Below are positions 1-12,994 of a stretch of DNA of 64,000 nt, one piece after another. The stretch covers positions 62,001 through 126,000 of the forward strand of contig OZ237739.1 of assembly GCA_965178125.1 (NCBI GenBank), in the 5' to 3' direction. This DNA comes from Bilabrum cf. latius. Lineage: Eukaryota. Made by a program: the position numbers and the translations under genes. The number at the start of each line of letters is the position of its first letter. The first letter of the stretch is position 1. The notes beneath the pieces were generated by a model, which saw only the letters and a list, made by a program, of their open reading frames with translations, did not search any database and was not told the origin of the DNA.

Positions 1-2271
1 GTCCCTGATGCCGACGATGCCCCACGCATCCGACCCGCTGGACGAGTACCCAGTGCCCGACACAGAGCTGCCATCCTCGTCCTCTTCCCTTTCCCCTTGC
101 CAGTCCACGTGCCCATGCCCGTGCCCGTGCCTGCTTCCCACACTCGCAGATCCCGAGCCAGAGCCCCCCACAGAGCCGGCGTCAGACAGGTCACCCGGCG
201 CGCTGTCTCGTCCGGGGAACTCTGAGGAGCTGGGCGCCGACTGGGCCGATGCCACGCGCCCTCGCTGGTCGCGCCGTCTGGAACTGGGGTCGCGCGGCGG
301 GGCGGTGCCGCCGATCATGCGCGAGAGCGGCATGCTGAGCCCGCCCTCGGGGCCGAGGGGGGTGCGGCCATCCTGAGGCTGCCCCCGGGGCGGTGCCACA
401 GGCGCTCGGCTGGGGCTTGCGACAGCTCTCGATGATGAGGTCGCTGCAGCGGTGAGGTGCGCGTGCACGTGCTGGTGGTGCGTGCTGTAGCCCTGGCTGC
501 CCGTCGTATCCACCATCACGGAGGCGCTCTGATACACCGCACCCGCACCCACACTCACACCCGAGTCCATGGCGCGCTGCCCAGTGCTGCTTGTGGGAGC
601 TGAGGCAGCAGCGGGTGACTGCACAGAAGCCGCACCTGCAGCGGCCACATGCCCCGGTATCTCTCGCGGGGGTAGTGCCGCCGCCGCCAGCGCCACTGTC
701 GCTGCCCTGGCCAGCTCCTTGCTTGCTTTCTTGCCCTCTTCCCCCGCGCCAAGCGCCAGTGCGAGCGCCCTCGATGCGCACCGCTGGGCGTGTGCCTCCG
801 CCGCCACCAGCGCCGCCGAGTCGTTCTCCTGCGCCCCCACCGCTGCGTCAGAGGCGCCTGACGACTGGGGGGCAGGGCCGACCCCCAGCAGCATGCCCAG
901 CTCGGACCAGGCCTCCTTCCCCTTCCCCTCGGCCCCCTTGCCCGCCCCCAGAAGAGCACGGAGAGCGCCCCTGCAGACCGCCAGCGCTGCCCTCGCGGAG
1001 TGAAGCCCGGCGACCTTGTCGCTGCCAGCCCTGTGAGAGTGGGCGTGCCTGGCCTGCAGAAGATCCCCCGTCTCCTCCAGGGCCGCAGAGCCGGACCCGC
1101 GCAGCGCACCCGCTACCTGCTACACAAACTCCCCGCGCGCCAGACGGGAAGCGATCACTGCGCCGGCGTGCCCTGGGAGAGCGCCGGCCTCTACGTACTG
1201 CCGCCCCTGTCCCTGTCCCTGTCCCTGTCCTTGCCCTTGCCCTTGCTGGAGCTGCTTCTCCCGCACGAGCCTGGAGGCCTTCACCACCCGCCGGGCCATC
1301 CAGGCACCCTGCTGCCGGTCCCTTAGCCCCAGGGCACTCGAGGCCACCGCCCCGGCCATGGCTCCCACAGCCCCCCACGCACCGTCGTCTCCCTCTTCGG
1401 CCCATGAAGCGTCACCGGCGGAGGCAGGCGACCTCTAGGGGGAAGCGGCCCTGCTGCTGCGCCCGCGCCGCGATGACGCCCCCCTCCTGCCGGACGAGGA
1501 CCTGCCCCCCTTCCTGCCGCCAGGTGCCTGCACCTTGAGCTCTGATCCCGGAGAGGGCAGCACAGCAGCACTCAGAGACTCGAGGGCCTCCGCCACTGCC
1601 TGCCGCCGGGCCCGCTCCCTCCCGTTCTTGCGCTCTCGGCGGGCTGTGGGGCCGGCGGAGGCCTGCGCGCGGGAGGACTTCGCGCGCCCCCCCCTGCTTG
1701 CACTGCGAGAGCGGAAAGTGCCGTCGGGAGCCGGGACGGGCGCGCCGTACTGCCCATCGTCCTGGTCATGGTACTGGTCCTGGCTCGCGGCACCGTCCTC
1801 AACATCCTCAGCGCAGTCGCCGAGGGCATGCGCGTATCTGCGGCGCTTCCTGGGTCTCCTGGAACTCTCGCGGCTGTTTGTGGCTGGCAGAGAATACTCT
1901 AATTCCGGCGGGCCCGCACCTGGTGCGCCAACAGAGACAAATGGATCGCTTGCGTTAGGGCCTGCAACGGCTTCCTGTGCGCTTGCCACGGCAGCACCAG
2001 AGTTGTTCCCAGCTGATACGCTAGCCATCCAGCCACTACTTGGTTGATCAGCATAACTCTCAGCTGAACTGCTCTCGTGGCCGCTGACTGCCGATCGGCC
2101 ATGCGTCGATCGCTTCTTGCGCCGGTAAGTGCTGCCCGCATGTCGCGGTGTTCGGTCAACCCCACCACCGCCACCCAAGCCTAACATGCCAGCAAATCCT
2201 GTCAGTGGCTGATGCTGTCCCTGGTCATCACGGGATGCCTGCCTGCTGTTGTGTCCGTCGGTGTGCTGCAT
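1..2271 (-). CDS. bHLH-domain-like protein, 3' end runs off the window start
   Basis: ORFs 1435..2361 and 1120..1368 are in one frame, joined by TAGs at 1435-1437 and 1120-1122; the frame stays open to base 1. Basic-helix motif RRERKNGRERARRQAVAEALESL. Start ATG 2271 is tentative. Confidence 0.6.
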
Positions 2272-3051
2272 CGCACAACTCACGTCTGGTGCGTTTACTG
2301 TCGACAAGCTCTTTATAAGGACTAAGCTGGAACGTTCAGCACAGGAAATAAAACTTGGCAACCAGAGGTGGGCTTTTGGCTACCTTCGGCTCAACACTGC
2401 GATGATTTTATGCTGCTGCAGAGTCAACTATGCAGGTCGACGTGCTCCTGAGAAAAAAGTTTCTCTCAAGTATTCAGACGAAACTGCCACAGACCTGTGG
2501 TCTGCGAAAGAGATATACAAAATAAAGAAACAGTGAACAGTAAATGAGCATGAAACCATAGGTCTGCCATCGCTTCAGCACAAGGACGGCACCGACAAAT
2601 AGTGTTAGAATGGCGAGGTGAAGCCGCACGCCGCGTTCCAGGCTCTTCTTTTGTACAATTTAGATAAGAAACCATCAGTTGACTACTAATTATCTATTCA
2701 TTGGGACTTTCGCGCCGAGCACATCGCTGTGGAGTGCCGACAGGGCAACATGCACTCAAAGCACCCAGTGAGAGCAACATGGCCGCACCATGAAAGGAGC
2801 GCAAGCTGTGACCAAGTAACCAAGGATATAAAAGCATTCACACACATAATCAAAATGGAGCAAGAACCTTACCGAAAATCCGAGACTGTAACCCCCAGCA
2901 GATGCTGATGTGTCCAGGCCCCACGACGGCGTCACCTCCACGGAAAACTTTTACAATACAGATTTGGAAGAAATGTGAACCCTACAAAGCTTCCGAGGCC
3001 GCCCGCTCTGGAACGAGGTATACTGCAGGCTCATATCCTGTAAAAAGCAGT

Positions 3052-4837
3052 ATGAGCAGCTCTAAAACTACCACTGCACCTCCAATCCAGGAGTAGGTGG
3101 TGGCAGGTACCGAACTGCGCCCGCTCCCACGCCCTCTGGTGCTATGGTACCACGACAGGCAGACTGTAAGTTGAGGAAACGGCCCTTCCAGGCTGAGAAC
3201 AATAATTTGTCGTTGATCTCTGTCGTACGACATGCCGTCGCTGCTGGTTATCTTCGCAGAAGGATTGGAGCACGTCGTTGAAGCCAGTTGCAGGGTGCAA
3301 AACCGTTCAGTCGTACTGGAGAGTGGCGAACCATCTGGCAAAGCCATCTGATATGCCTCCAGGCAAGGGAGACTTGCTTTGGTTCGTTGTGAGACTCTAA
3401 CAGTCAGCCTCGCTGATGGTGCTGGGCTTGCGTTGCTCGTTCACTCGCACCAACGTGTTGTTGCACAAACTCAATCTGGCATCGCCGCAGGAAGGCGTTC
3501 GTCCCGAGTGGGAATCGCCAGCGAATGCCCGAGGTGGTCGCATCATGCTTCGGGTGCGCCGGGACACGCTGACGCAGTGGGCTTGGTCGCGCATCTCTCT
3601 AGCCTTCGTGTCGGGCCGCCTGGACCGCATGGGCCCAGTGCGCAAGGATGCCCCCGGGGAGGCAGGGGACCCTGGCCGCAAGGAGTTTAAGCCCGCGGAC
3701 CCGAAGCGCGCCGCGGACTCTCGCGACCCCGCCAACCGGGACCAGGCCAGGACTCGGGCGGGGCTGGCTGCCGCCCGGAGCAGCCGCACCCCGCTGGTGC
3801 TCGGTGTGGCGCTGTGCCCCCGCAGCACGGAGGATCACATCGCGCTGTGGGTGTCCGACGCGGGGGACTCGGAGGGGGTGGCGGGCGTCCGCGACCTGCT
3901 GTGTTCCCTGGTGCAGGCCCCCAGCTCGGCCAGCATCGACTGGAGGCCCCACTCGAAGCGCATGCCCTCTGGCGAGCCCTGGCCCAAGCTGCCGCCCCGA
4001 GCGGACGACGCCGCATTCGCCGCTCAGTTCGCGCCCAGGCCCGCGCACAGCAAGGGGCCAGTGGCGAGCGGTCCCAAGCACGGGGCCCGGCCCGAGGGCG
4101 CGGGGCACGCAGTCACCGCGCGGGGCCCACCGGAGCGCGGCGCGGGGGCTGGGGGCATGGGCGCGGGGTTCAGGCGAGGCGGAAGCGCTCCCAGCGGCGG
4201 AGGTGCTTCGGGCTAGTCGGGGGCTGGGGTTGATAGCTCCGGTGGCAAGGCCAAGGGGTTCTCTGGGGGGGGCAAGTACAGGCCTGCAGCGGCGGGGAGT
4301 GCGGCCTCGGCGGGGACCAGTCAGGGAGCTGGCGCGGGGGCAGGTGATGGTGCCACGGGGGGCTCCGGAAGCGCCCCCTCCAGCTTTTAGCGGCACGGGC
4401 AGGGCCAGGCTCGCCAATGGGGCAAGGGCGGGCAGAGGGGCGGGCAGAGGGGCGGTGGCACTGGACTCAGCTGGCGGGAGCGGGCGGCCTAGAAGGCGGA
4501 GGAGAAGGCAAGGGCGGGAGTCGAGTCGGGGGGAGGAGGCTCCGGCCCATTCGGGGCCCCGTCCTCCTCGTCCTCGGGGGCACCCTCCCAGGGCGGGGCT
4601 GCCGGGGCCTCCACGAGCGGGATTGCTCGCGGGTTTGGGGCCCCCCGGGGGTACTCGGCGGGGGCGGGGGCCTCCGGTGGGCAGGGCCAAGGCGGGACCC
4701 GCGGGGCGGCGATGCGGGCGAAGGGTGGATACGGTGCTGGCCGCGCCGCGGGCGGAGCCAAAGGCAGAGGCTCTGGGGGTGTGGGCGACGAAGACGGGTG
4801 GAAGTCTGCCGGTGGAGGCAGGGGAAGGGGCAAGTGA
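3052..4837 (+). CDS. EIF4E: eIF4E-family cap-binding protein with long Gly/Arg-rich C-terminal tail (~529 aa)
   Basis: Exons 3052-3165, 3260-3388, 3491-4837 with GT-AG introns. Motifs PLPRPLVLWYH, KDWSTSL, TVQSYW, GVRPEWESPANARGGR, IALWV. In-frame TAG at 3094, 4214, 4388, 4490; ends TGA. Confidence 0.85.
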
Positions 4838-5329
4838 AGCAGCGCATCCAGCCTGGGGGCAGGCGAGCTGCTCGTTACTCACGCGGGAGTGCGCTACCTG
4901 CGGCAGTACAGCCAAGTGAGTTAGCTTACACCATGCAAGCAGGTGATTCCGGAATAGAAATAGAAATCCAGGACACGTTGTCACGCACTCTTCAAGCGAA
5001 ATACATCATTTGCAACCCGTGAGCCACTCTGTGATTTGTAATGCTAGACATCTAATTGTTTTGCTTTTGGTATCACGAATCAGTGTTTCGTTTCTGGGTA
5101 CTCAAAGGCATCCGATGCTAGCCCAAAGATATAGGTTGGTCTTGGAGCGACAATTTCGCCGTTGATCGACTTGTATGGCATGGTCTAGAATCATACATAT
5201 CACGGATTTACATTACGTTTCGGCGAGCATGTCAAGTGTAGCAGGACCAATCGGAGCTAGCCGCAGATACACGTGTCGAGCAACTCCTTCATCTGGCATT
5301 CTTGCGCAGCTGTAACTGAAAGAAATTCA

Positions 5330-8011
5330 ATGGCGAAACGAAGCAAGTTCGTTTTTTTGGTCATTCTTAGCGTGGTAATGATGCTTGGGCTGACACAAGC
5401 CAAGCTAGAAACCGCGGAAGGGATGTCGAAAGGGCTGTCGAACGTCATGGCCCCACCACCAGATGGCACCATCGCTGCGAAGCACGACACGCGGTCGAAA
5501 GATCTCGCCTCGGTGCCTAGCACAGCACCCGTTGCACTGTAGCAGCACGAAACGCAGGTCGATCAGGTCGCGCTGGCCACAGCGACCCCTCCCCCCAACC
5601 AGGGCGAGGACTGGTACGAGGCAGAGGACGGCGGCATCCGCCGGCTGGGCGAGCATTACCCCAGGCTGTTCGCACCTGGGTGGGAGTGGAGGCCCATCCG
5701 CCCCGGGCAGCACATCCCCGGCGGACTGGATGTGCGGGTGAGTCTCAGCGGCAGCGGGCAGCGGGAGGCGCGGCTGCTGCCCCAGCGGCAGTACACTCCC
5801 GACATGCTCGAAGACGTGGGGGACGGGGGCAGGGCCAAGCAGGGCTTGGAGCCTTTGGGCAACGGGCATGATGGTGCTGGAGGGGCGTTGGAACCTTCTT
5901 CGGAATCGATCGCACAGGCGCATGGGCTGCAGCAAGGCGTTGATGTAGACGCGTGCCCTGAATCAGCGGCCGGACAGGCTCTCGCTCTTGTGCCAGAGTC
6001 TGCGGGCGTCGCATCCGGTGAGTCCAATGGGCCGGTGCACCATGATACGCATGCCGCTGCCCGCGCCCTGCACGATGCCTTCGAGGCGCAGGCAGGTGGG
6101 GAGGTCGCGCACGAGGACGAGGACAGCGCACAGAGGGCACGCGCCGTGCAGGACAAGATAGACGAGGCGCTCAGGAGAGCGAGCCGGAAGCAGAGGGGCA
6201 ATGGCGGGGAGCAGATGCAGACGCAGACGGAGAATGAGGGCATGGACTCTGGGAGCAACAACTAGACGGCTCTAAACTTGGAGACTCCCGACGCCGCGAT
6301 TGTGTCGGGGGTACCTCAAGAGCATGGCGGTGAGAGGTACGAGGAGGAACAAGGGGGAGGCGTTGACGTGGCCGAGACGAGCGAGGCGGCGGCGGAGATG
6401 CGCCGCATCCTCACCGGCCTTCCGCAGCCCGAGCCAGAGGTATCCGAAGCTCTCGCCGCCGGACTGGAGGGCCCTGAGCTGGATGCACTCCTCAAGAGAG
6501 TGTGGGTGCGCAGGCAGAAAGACCTCCGGCGGGCCATGGAGTCCGCCCGCACAGAGGCCCAGCAGATGCAGGAGCTCATGGCGCAGATGGGCCCCGGAGG
6601 GGGGGCGGGTCATGATCATGGAGGCCAGTAGCAGGATGCGGATGACTCGCCCACTAGCGACCGCAGCGCACGCGTTGCAGCCCTGGAGTCCCTTGAGTTC
6701 CACGTGAGCAAGAGACACAACGCCGACGATTTCGCCCGAATGGGGGGCATGGTTGACATCGCACCCCTGTGGAACCACAGCGAGCCGCTGCGGCTGACCA
6801 GCCGACCAGGTGGAGACCCGGCCCCAAATGCAGCGTCGGATTTGAGTGCAACAGCGCTGTGGGTGCTGGGCTCAGCCACCAAGTACAACCCAGTGGCGGG
6901 AGAGGCCGCGCTGGAGACGGGCGCCATGCCGCTGGTGCTGCGCGCCCTGGAGGCAAACGCGCTTGCGGCGAGGTGGACTGCACGGCGTGCTCTGGAGGCG
7001 GCTCGTGAGAATCTTCCAGCGGCAGAGGCGACGCTCTTTCCTGCTTTGGCTCGCGGTAATGGCAGCGATGTTGGGCCGTCTGTGCTGCAGGAGATGCGCA
7101 GGGGGGCAGCGGGTGCGGGCAAGGCCATGTACGCTCTGGGGGGGCTGCTGCGGGGGGGGCGAGAGGCCCAGCGGCAGGCAGAGATCTTGGAGGCGGGGCG
7201 CGTGATAGGACAGGCGCTCGTGCAGCTGGGCGAGGCGGCCCGCGGCATGCACGAGGCAGCGACAGGGTGTGGCGGCCACTGGAAGGGTGCCTTCAAGGCG
7301 CAGAGGCAGCTGAGGCGTGTGGCGGGCAAGGGGGTGCGTCTGCTAGGCGATCTGGCGCATGAGCTGAGGAAGAGCGGAGAGGGCGGTGGGGAGCGGGTGG
7401 GCCCTGGTGGGGTGGTGGAGCAGGACGGGAAAGTGACCGTGTTGGATGGAGGGGCAGCCACAGGCGGACAAGAGGGCCCGGGTGATAGATAGATTGACGC
7501 TCACAAGGGCAGTGGCCCCTCCTTGGGGACGGCGAGGGGGGCCGTGCGCGCTATCCTGGAGCAGGCGACCGAGGGCCCACCAGCAGCCTGCGTCCTGGCC
7601 TCACCGCTGGATGCTGGCCAGGTGCTTGGCGGGCAGCTCGACCTGGAGGAGGATCCCGCCGTGGGGGATGTGCTCGAGGCGGCGGCCGAGTGGTCGGCGG
7701 CGCTCGGGAGGCCCCTGATCGGCCCGCCCGAGACCCGGAAGGAGTGGGGGAGTGTCGCGTGCGGGATGGAGCTGTCCGCCGGCCATGCAGCGGAAAGCAT
7801 CATCCAGGGGGCACGGGCCGCGGCGGCTCCGAGTGGATCGGCGGGAGGGGCAGCCGATGCACAAGAGGGGGCGGCTGCAGCGAGCGTGCCCGGGGACTCC
7901 GATGCAGTGATAGAGGCCGCTCTGGTTGAGTACCTGCGTGCCACTGATCTGCAAGACCAGGAGAAGGTGGCAGTGGCAGGCCGGGCCGTCGCGTCGTGGG
8001 CGGGCACGTGA
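5330..8011 (+). CDS. SIL1: SIL1-like ER nucleotide exchange factor (~893 aa)
   Basis: Signal peptide MAKRSKFVFLVILSVVMMLG; SIL1 N-terminal motif FAPGWEWRPIRPGQHIPGGLDVRVSL..REARL; Fes1/ARM-like ALESLEFHVSKRHNADDFARMGG. In-frame TAG at 5540, 6263, 6629, 7490; ends TGA. Confidence 0.8.
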
Positions 8012-8307
8012 GCTGCATCCGATTGCAAGTGGGATGGATGAATTTATACCGTAATAGTTACTACACGAGATCTCGGATTTCGTCTGGCCCTGAACTTGGC
8101 TGTAGTCAATTACAAGTTAAAAGCGCCTCCAATTCCTGGAAAGTCGCCCGTCTCCTCGCGGCTGCTGCAAAACACATCTCCCGCTTGCGACCGCTAGGCT
8201 GTCGGGTGCTCTTGTCGTCGGGAACGAGTCAGAAGACCCTGTCAGGCACATTTGCCAGGCAGCTTCCGAGCATCGCATCAGAGAGCTATCGACGTACCCC
8301 ACTGGCC

Positions 8308-11300
8308 TCACCGCCTGCCGCCCCCGTCCCTACCCATCATGGCCATGCGCTGCCCCATGGCCACCATGCGGGCCTTCTTCTGCTCCCTGCGGACTGGCTC
8401 CCAAAGGGCGTCCTCCCTGGCGCGCTTCTTGTTGCGCTCCAGCAGCCTCTTGGCGTCCGTGACCTTCTTCTTCCTGTCCCTGGCCTTCCTAAGCGTGTAG
8501 ATCTTCTGCATGAGGAGCGCCTTGGCCCTCTCGTCCTCCTCCATGACCACCGCCCGCTTCTACAGGTAGCCCTGCTTGCCGCGCTTGCTCAGGTTCTTGC
8601 TCTTGCTCGCGAATGGGAGCTGGCTCTCCAGCTTGTCTGAGATGACAAACTTGGCAAACCTACGCTCCTCGGGCCTCTCCTCGATCTTGCGGTACTCGCT
8701 GTCTTGCTTCTGCAGGGAACCGATGCCCCTCTCTCGCCTGAGCTCCCGGGCCGTCCGCATCAGCACCGTCCCGCCGGAGGAGGACGAGGACGAGGCAGCC
8801 CCGGCCGCTCCACGACTCGCCTTCCCAGCGCCCTACTCCTCCTCCTCGTCCGAATCGCTGTCCTCCCCTGACCCAGACCCCACTGCCGCCGTCCCCGCCT
8901 CACCATCGCCCTGGCCCTGGCTCTGGCTCCTCGCCGCGTCCAGCAGCGCCTTCCTCTCCTTCCTCGATCGCACCAGCTGGCGGCCCTCCCTCGCCTCCTC
9001 CAGCAGAGAGTACACGGGGTTGTAGAACTCGGGCAGGGGCACGGGCACCCACGCCCGCATGAACACAATGTCGCTCCTCAAGATCTTGTCCTCGAACTGC
9101 GCCCGGAAGGAGCCGGGCTGGCCCTCTTTGACGGCCTTCCGGACCCTCCCCCTAATCCCACTCACCGTCCGGATGGAGGCACCCTGGAATCGGGCCACCT
9201 CCAGCGGCGAGTTGAACATGCCGCGGATCACGGCCGAGTGCTTGCTCACCTTGGCCGGCTCGCCCACTAGCTTGAGTTTCTTGACCACGGTCAGGCTTTC
9301 CTCGTTCTCCAGTATGGTGCCAGTGGCGCAGATCCGGTAGGACGAGGCCGTGTCAGAGGTCAGCTAGTAGGCCAGGTAGCCCGTGCTGGGCGGGGTCACA
9401 GGCGCCTGGAATGCGGCCTCGCAGTGCATGTGCTCCGGCGAGTACTTGAGGAAGCGCTTGCGGCCGCTCAGGTCAGCCGTGAAGTACGAGGGCACGGTCT
9501 GGAAGCGCCTCCACCCCAGCGAGACGATGAACGGGTCGCTGTTCTTGAGCAGCCGGCCATGCCACCTGTGGCGCTTGACCCTGGACCGCAGCAGACCCAG
9601 CGTCTCCTCCTGCGCGGAGAGCCCGCCCACCACGACGGGCCTGGAGGGCTCAAAGTGCGTGATGAACTCGGCCGGCATGCCCCGCAGCTCAATCCGCACG
9701 TACTCCCCCGCCCTGTGCCCCCGCATGCGCCTCGCCTGCTCCTCCCTGAGCCCCGCAAACTCGTCCGCGTTAATGGCCTCCTGCAACTCCAGGGCCTCAC
9801 GGGCGGCGGCGGCCCCCTCCTTGCCCCAGTCCAGCCTCGAGGGGTCCTTGAGCATGATCATGCGCTCCTCATCCTCGTCCACCTCCTTGCCCTCGCCCCC
9901 CTCCCCCTCCCCGTCCTCGCCATCATCCCCTCCCTTGGCGCCTGCCTTGAAGGACCCGCGGTCGTACTTGGAGTCGAACTCGCGCTTCTTGGCAGCACGG
10001 AGCGCGTCCATCGCAGCACGGTCCATGTCCTCGTCGTCCTGGTCATCATCGCTGCTGCTGCCATCCGATGAATCCCCGTCATCATCGCTGTCGTCATCGC
10101 TGTCCTCTTCCATGGGCGCTCCCCCGCGCACCACCTCACCTGTCTCGAGATCCTCGAAATCGCCATACACGGAGGAATCGTCCGACTCATTCCCACCCTC
10201 GGCACCGCCCTAGCCGGATCCCTTGCCACTGCCGCTGCCAGTGCGCAGGCCCAGCACCTCCGCCGCCGCCTCCGCCGCCCCCGCGCCCCAGTCCCCTGTC
10301 ACGAACCGGTGCCTGAGACTGTCTGCCGCCTCGGGCGAGTCCCAGCGAGAGGGGTCGGCTGCCATGGACGAAGCACCCGCATGCCCGAAGGAGGCACCGG
10401 CGCCCGACGATGGACCGTTTGCAGGAGCAGAGGAAGGCCCGCCCGCAGGCACGTACAGGCTGCCGTCCTCGCCCCTGGACTGCGGCGCCACCAGCCCGAG
10501 CCAGCTGCTAGCCAGCGCCCTGGCGGTGGAGCTTGGCCCGCCACCCATGCTCCCGTACCCCTGTGCACCGGCAGCCCCGGACCCCTCCTCGCCCTCGTCC
10601 CCGATGGAGGCCCACGGCCTGCCCCCGCTCACCAGACGAGCCGCCTCCGCGGTGAGCAGACTCGACTCACGGGCGGACAGGGACAAGGACAGGGAGGAGC
10701 CCTCTCCACCAGCCGCGCCCCGCCCGCCCCGACTCCTGCTCGCCTTCCCCCTCGCCTCGTCACCCACGCGCCGCAGCAGCCCACCCTCCAGATCGTCGCT
10801 GTCGCTGCCGCTGTCCCCCTCCCCCTCCCCCTCATCTTCCTCCTCGCGCCCCCCAGACCCCCTCGGCCCCTCAAACCCAGTGCCCAGAAGAGCCACCCCC
10901 TCCCCGTCCTCCTCTTCGTCCCCGTACACCAGCCTCTCCAGGTCAACCGCACCGGCCTTGCGCTCGCTCAGCGCAGCCACTGCCCTCTGCACCAGCCGCT
11001 GCTTCCATACCGCCCCGACAGACCTGCCCTCTGAGGCACCGTACACCGCCCCCGCCCCCATCGCTAGCCCATTCCCCTCCTGTTCCCCGATATCGCTGTC
11101 GCTGTCACCGTCAGCCCCTTCTCCTGCGGCGCTGGATGCCCCACCGTACGTCTGCCCCACTCCCTCGCTGCCGTCATCGCTGTCACTGTCGCTGTCACTG
11201 TCACTATCACTGTCGCTGTCGCTGTCGCTGTCGCTCGACTCGCTCCCGTCTTCCTCCTTTTCCTCCTCGTCGGCCTCGCCCCAGTCCTGTTCCCCCGCCC

Positions 11301-12810
11301 CGTGCCTCACCGCAGGGCCCCCCTTGAACAGACTCATCTCCATGTCGCCCATGCGGTCGTCCAGCCCCTCCGCGAGCCCCTGCAGCCCCCGCACCATCAT
11401 GGTGCCGCTCCCCTCCCCGCTCGCCACCGCAGCGGCCGCCCCGGAGCTGCCCCTGCCCCCCGTCAGCCTGAGCCCCAGGGCCTCTGCCTCCGCTTCCGCC
11501 TTGGCAAGTTCCGCATCCAGGCGCCGCGCGTCATCGTCGTTGTCCTCCTCCCCGCCCGCCTCTCCCGCCCTGCGCCCCTTTGCCCCGCCCGCCCCCGCCT
11601 TCAGATCGGAGGCGCGGCTCAGCATGGCGGCCCCGTCGGGCAGGTGGATGTAGGTCGCGTCCTTGTCCATGACCAGCCCGCCCACGTTGCTCATGGGCGC
11701 GTACAGTAGCGTCTCCCTCGCGTTGAGCCTCCTGTGCACCGTGGCCCCGATGGTCTTCCCATCCGTGGCGCCCCCTGCCGCCGCCTGCCTGGCCCTCTGC
11801 TCCTCCTGCAGCTTCTGCTTGAGCTGCTCAGGCAGCGGCACGGGATCGTCCAGCGGATCTACTGCGCTCACCCTAAAGTCCCCAGCCCCGCACACGTGCA
11901 CGGCCTGTCCCGCCTTGAGCGGGGTCCCCCGCACGAAGCCGAAGAGGGCCACGGTCCGATCCGAGTGGGGGGCCGACTGCAGCAGCGCGGGGTTGGTGCG
12001 GTCCTCCACCCTGTCGCACAGCAGGTATGGGTGCGTGCTCCTCCACACGATGGGCCTCATCTTGGTGCGCGAGATGAATAGGCCCAGGTTGTGCACCTCC
12101 CGCTTGAGGTACGAGCCGTGCTTGACCCCCGACAGGTAGAACAGCTTGGCCCCGTGGTACACCTCCGTCCAGAACCTGTGCTTGAGGAGCGTCTTCCTCT
12201 TGCGCATGGCCTTGCTGTCAGCGAATGCGTCCAGGTGGGTGAGCACCCCCATGACCTTGGGGAAGCCATGGGTCTGCATGATGTTGAGCATCTCGAACGT
12301 CTCCATCTCGAAGCCAAAGGAGGCGTCCACCACGAGGAGCATCAGGTCTGCGATCTTCGCCGCGTCTACCATTGCGTTGATGTCGCTCTGCACCTCAAGC
12401 AGGGTCACGCGCTTGCGCCGGCCTGCCACCACCGTGATCGGACCGCGCACGTCCTTAACCTTCTGGTTGGTCCAGCGACGCACGAGGCTCTGAATCAGAG
12501 TAGTCTTGCCTACTCCAGGAGGTCCTGCAACACATACTACCACCGGCGGGTCAGCAGACCCTTTCCGCTGCTCAATGAGGGCGTGCTCCCTCTTGTGCAG
12601 ACGGTCCAAGTTTCGCTGAATCGACCGCTTTGTCTTGCCTACCTTCGCGACACCATACGCTCGCGGGTTCCTGCGCCTTTCTTTTTCTGAAACCTGCTTG
12701 TCACCGAGGCTTGACTGTCCCTTCAACCTCTGCTCCTTCTTCTTCTTAGCCTTGGCTCCGGCTTGTGGGGCGCTATGCGACTTGTTCGGCTGCTGTCCCC
12801 CAGCATCCAT
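8308..12810 (-). CDS. BMS1: Ribosome biogenesis GTPase BMS1 (~1500 aa)
   Basis: [12 protein letters not shown]-loop, [55 protein letters not shown]. Five track ORFs lie in one frame, joined by TAGs at 10210, 9364, 8833, 8560; ends TGA at 8308-8310. Confidence 0.95.
11177..11236. repeat. Imperfect hexamer tandem repeat (TCGCTG/TCACTG) encoding (Ser-Asp)n in BMS1
   Basis: Visible tandem hexamers; translates as SDSDSDSD on the minus strand. Confidence 0.8.
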
Positions 12811-12994
12811 TGCGGTCACTGGTTGCGCAAGCTATACACTAATAAATCGAAGGGTGATTACAACCTACCTATCCCGGGGTGCGGCGTAACTTGTGCTCTT
12901 GCAGTTGGCCCTGTTCCTCCTTTTTCCGACCCAATGTGACGAGTGCTAAGCTTTGGCTGTTCCGATGACTTTGAACAGGTATTGCAAGCCGTAA

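Noticed and set aside
10223-11653. Long antisense or alternate-frame ORFs (also 13402..15078, 28194..29579, 41326..42720, 3599..4984)
   Set aside because: They are shadows of real GC-rich genes, with Pro/Ser/Arg-biased translations and no recognisable motifs.
8308-12810. Pseudogene cluster or sequencing errors as the cause of the broken ORFs
   Set aside because: Every lesion is TAG, with no internal TGA or frameshift, on both strands and in essential genes with intact motifs.
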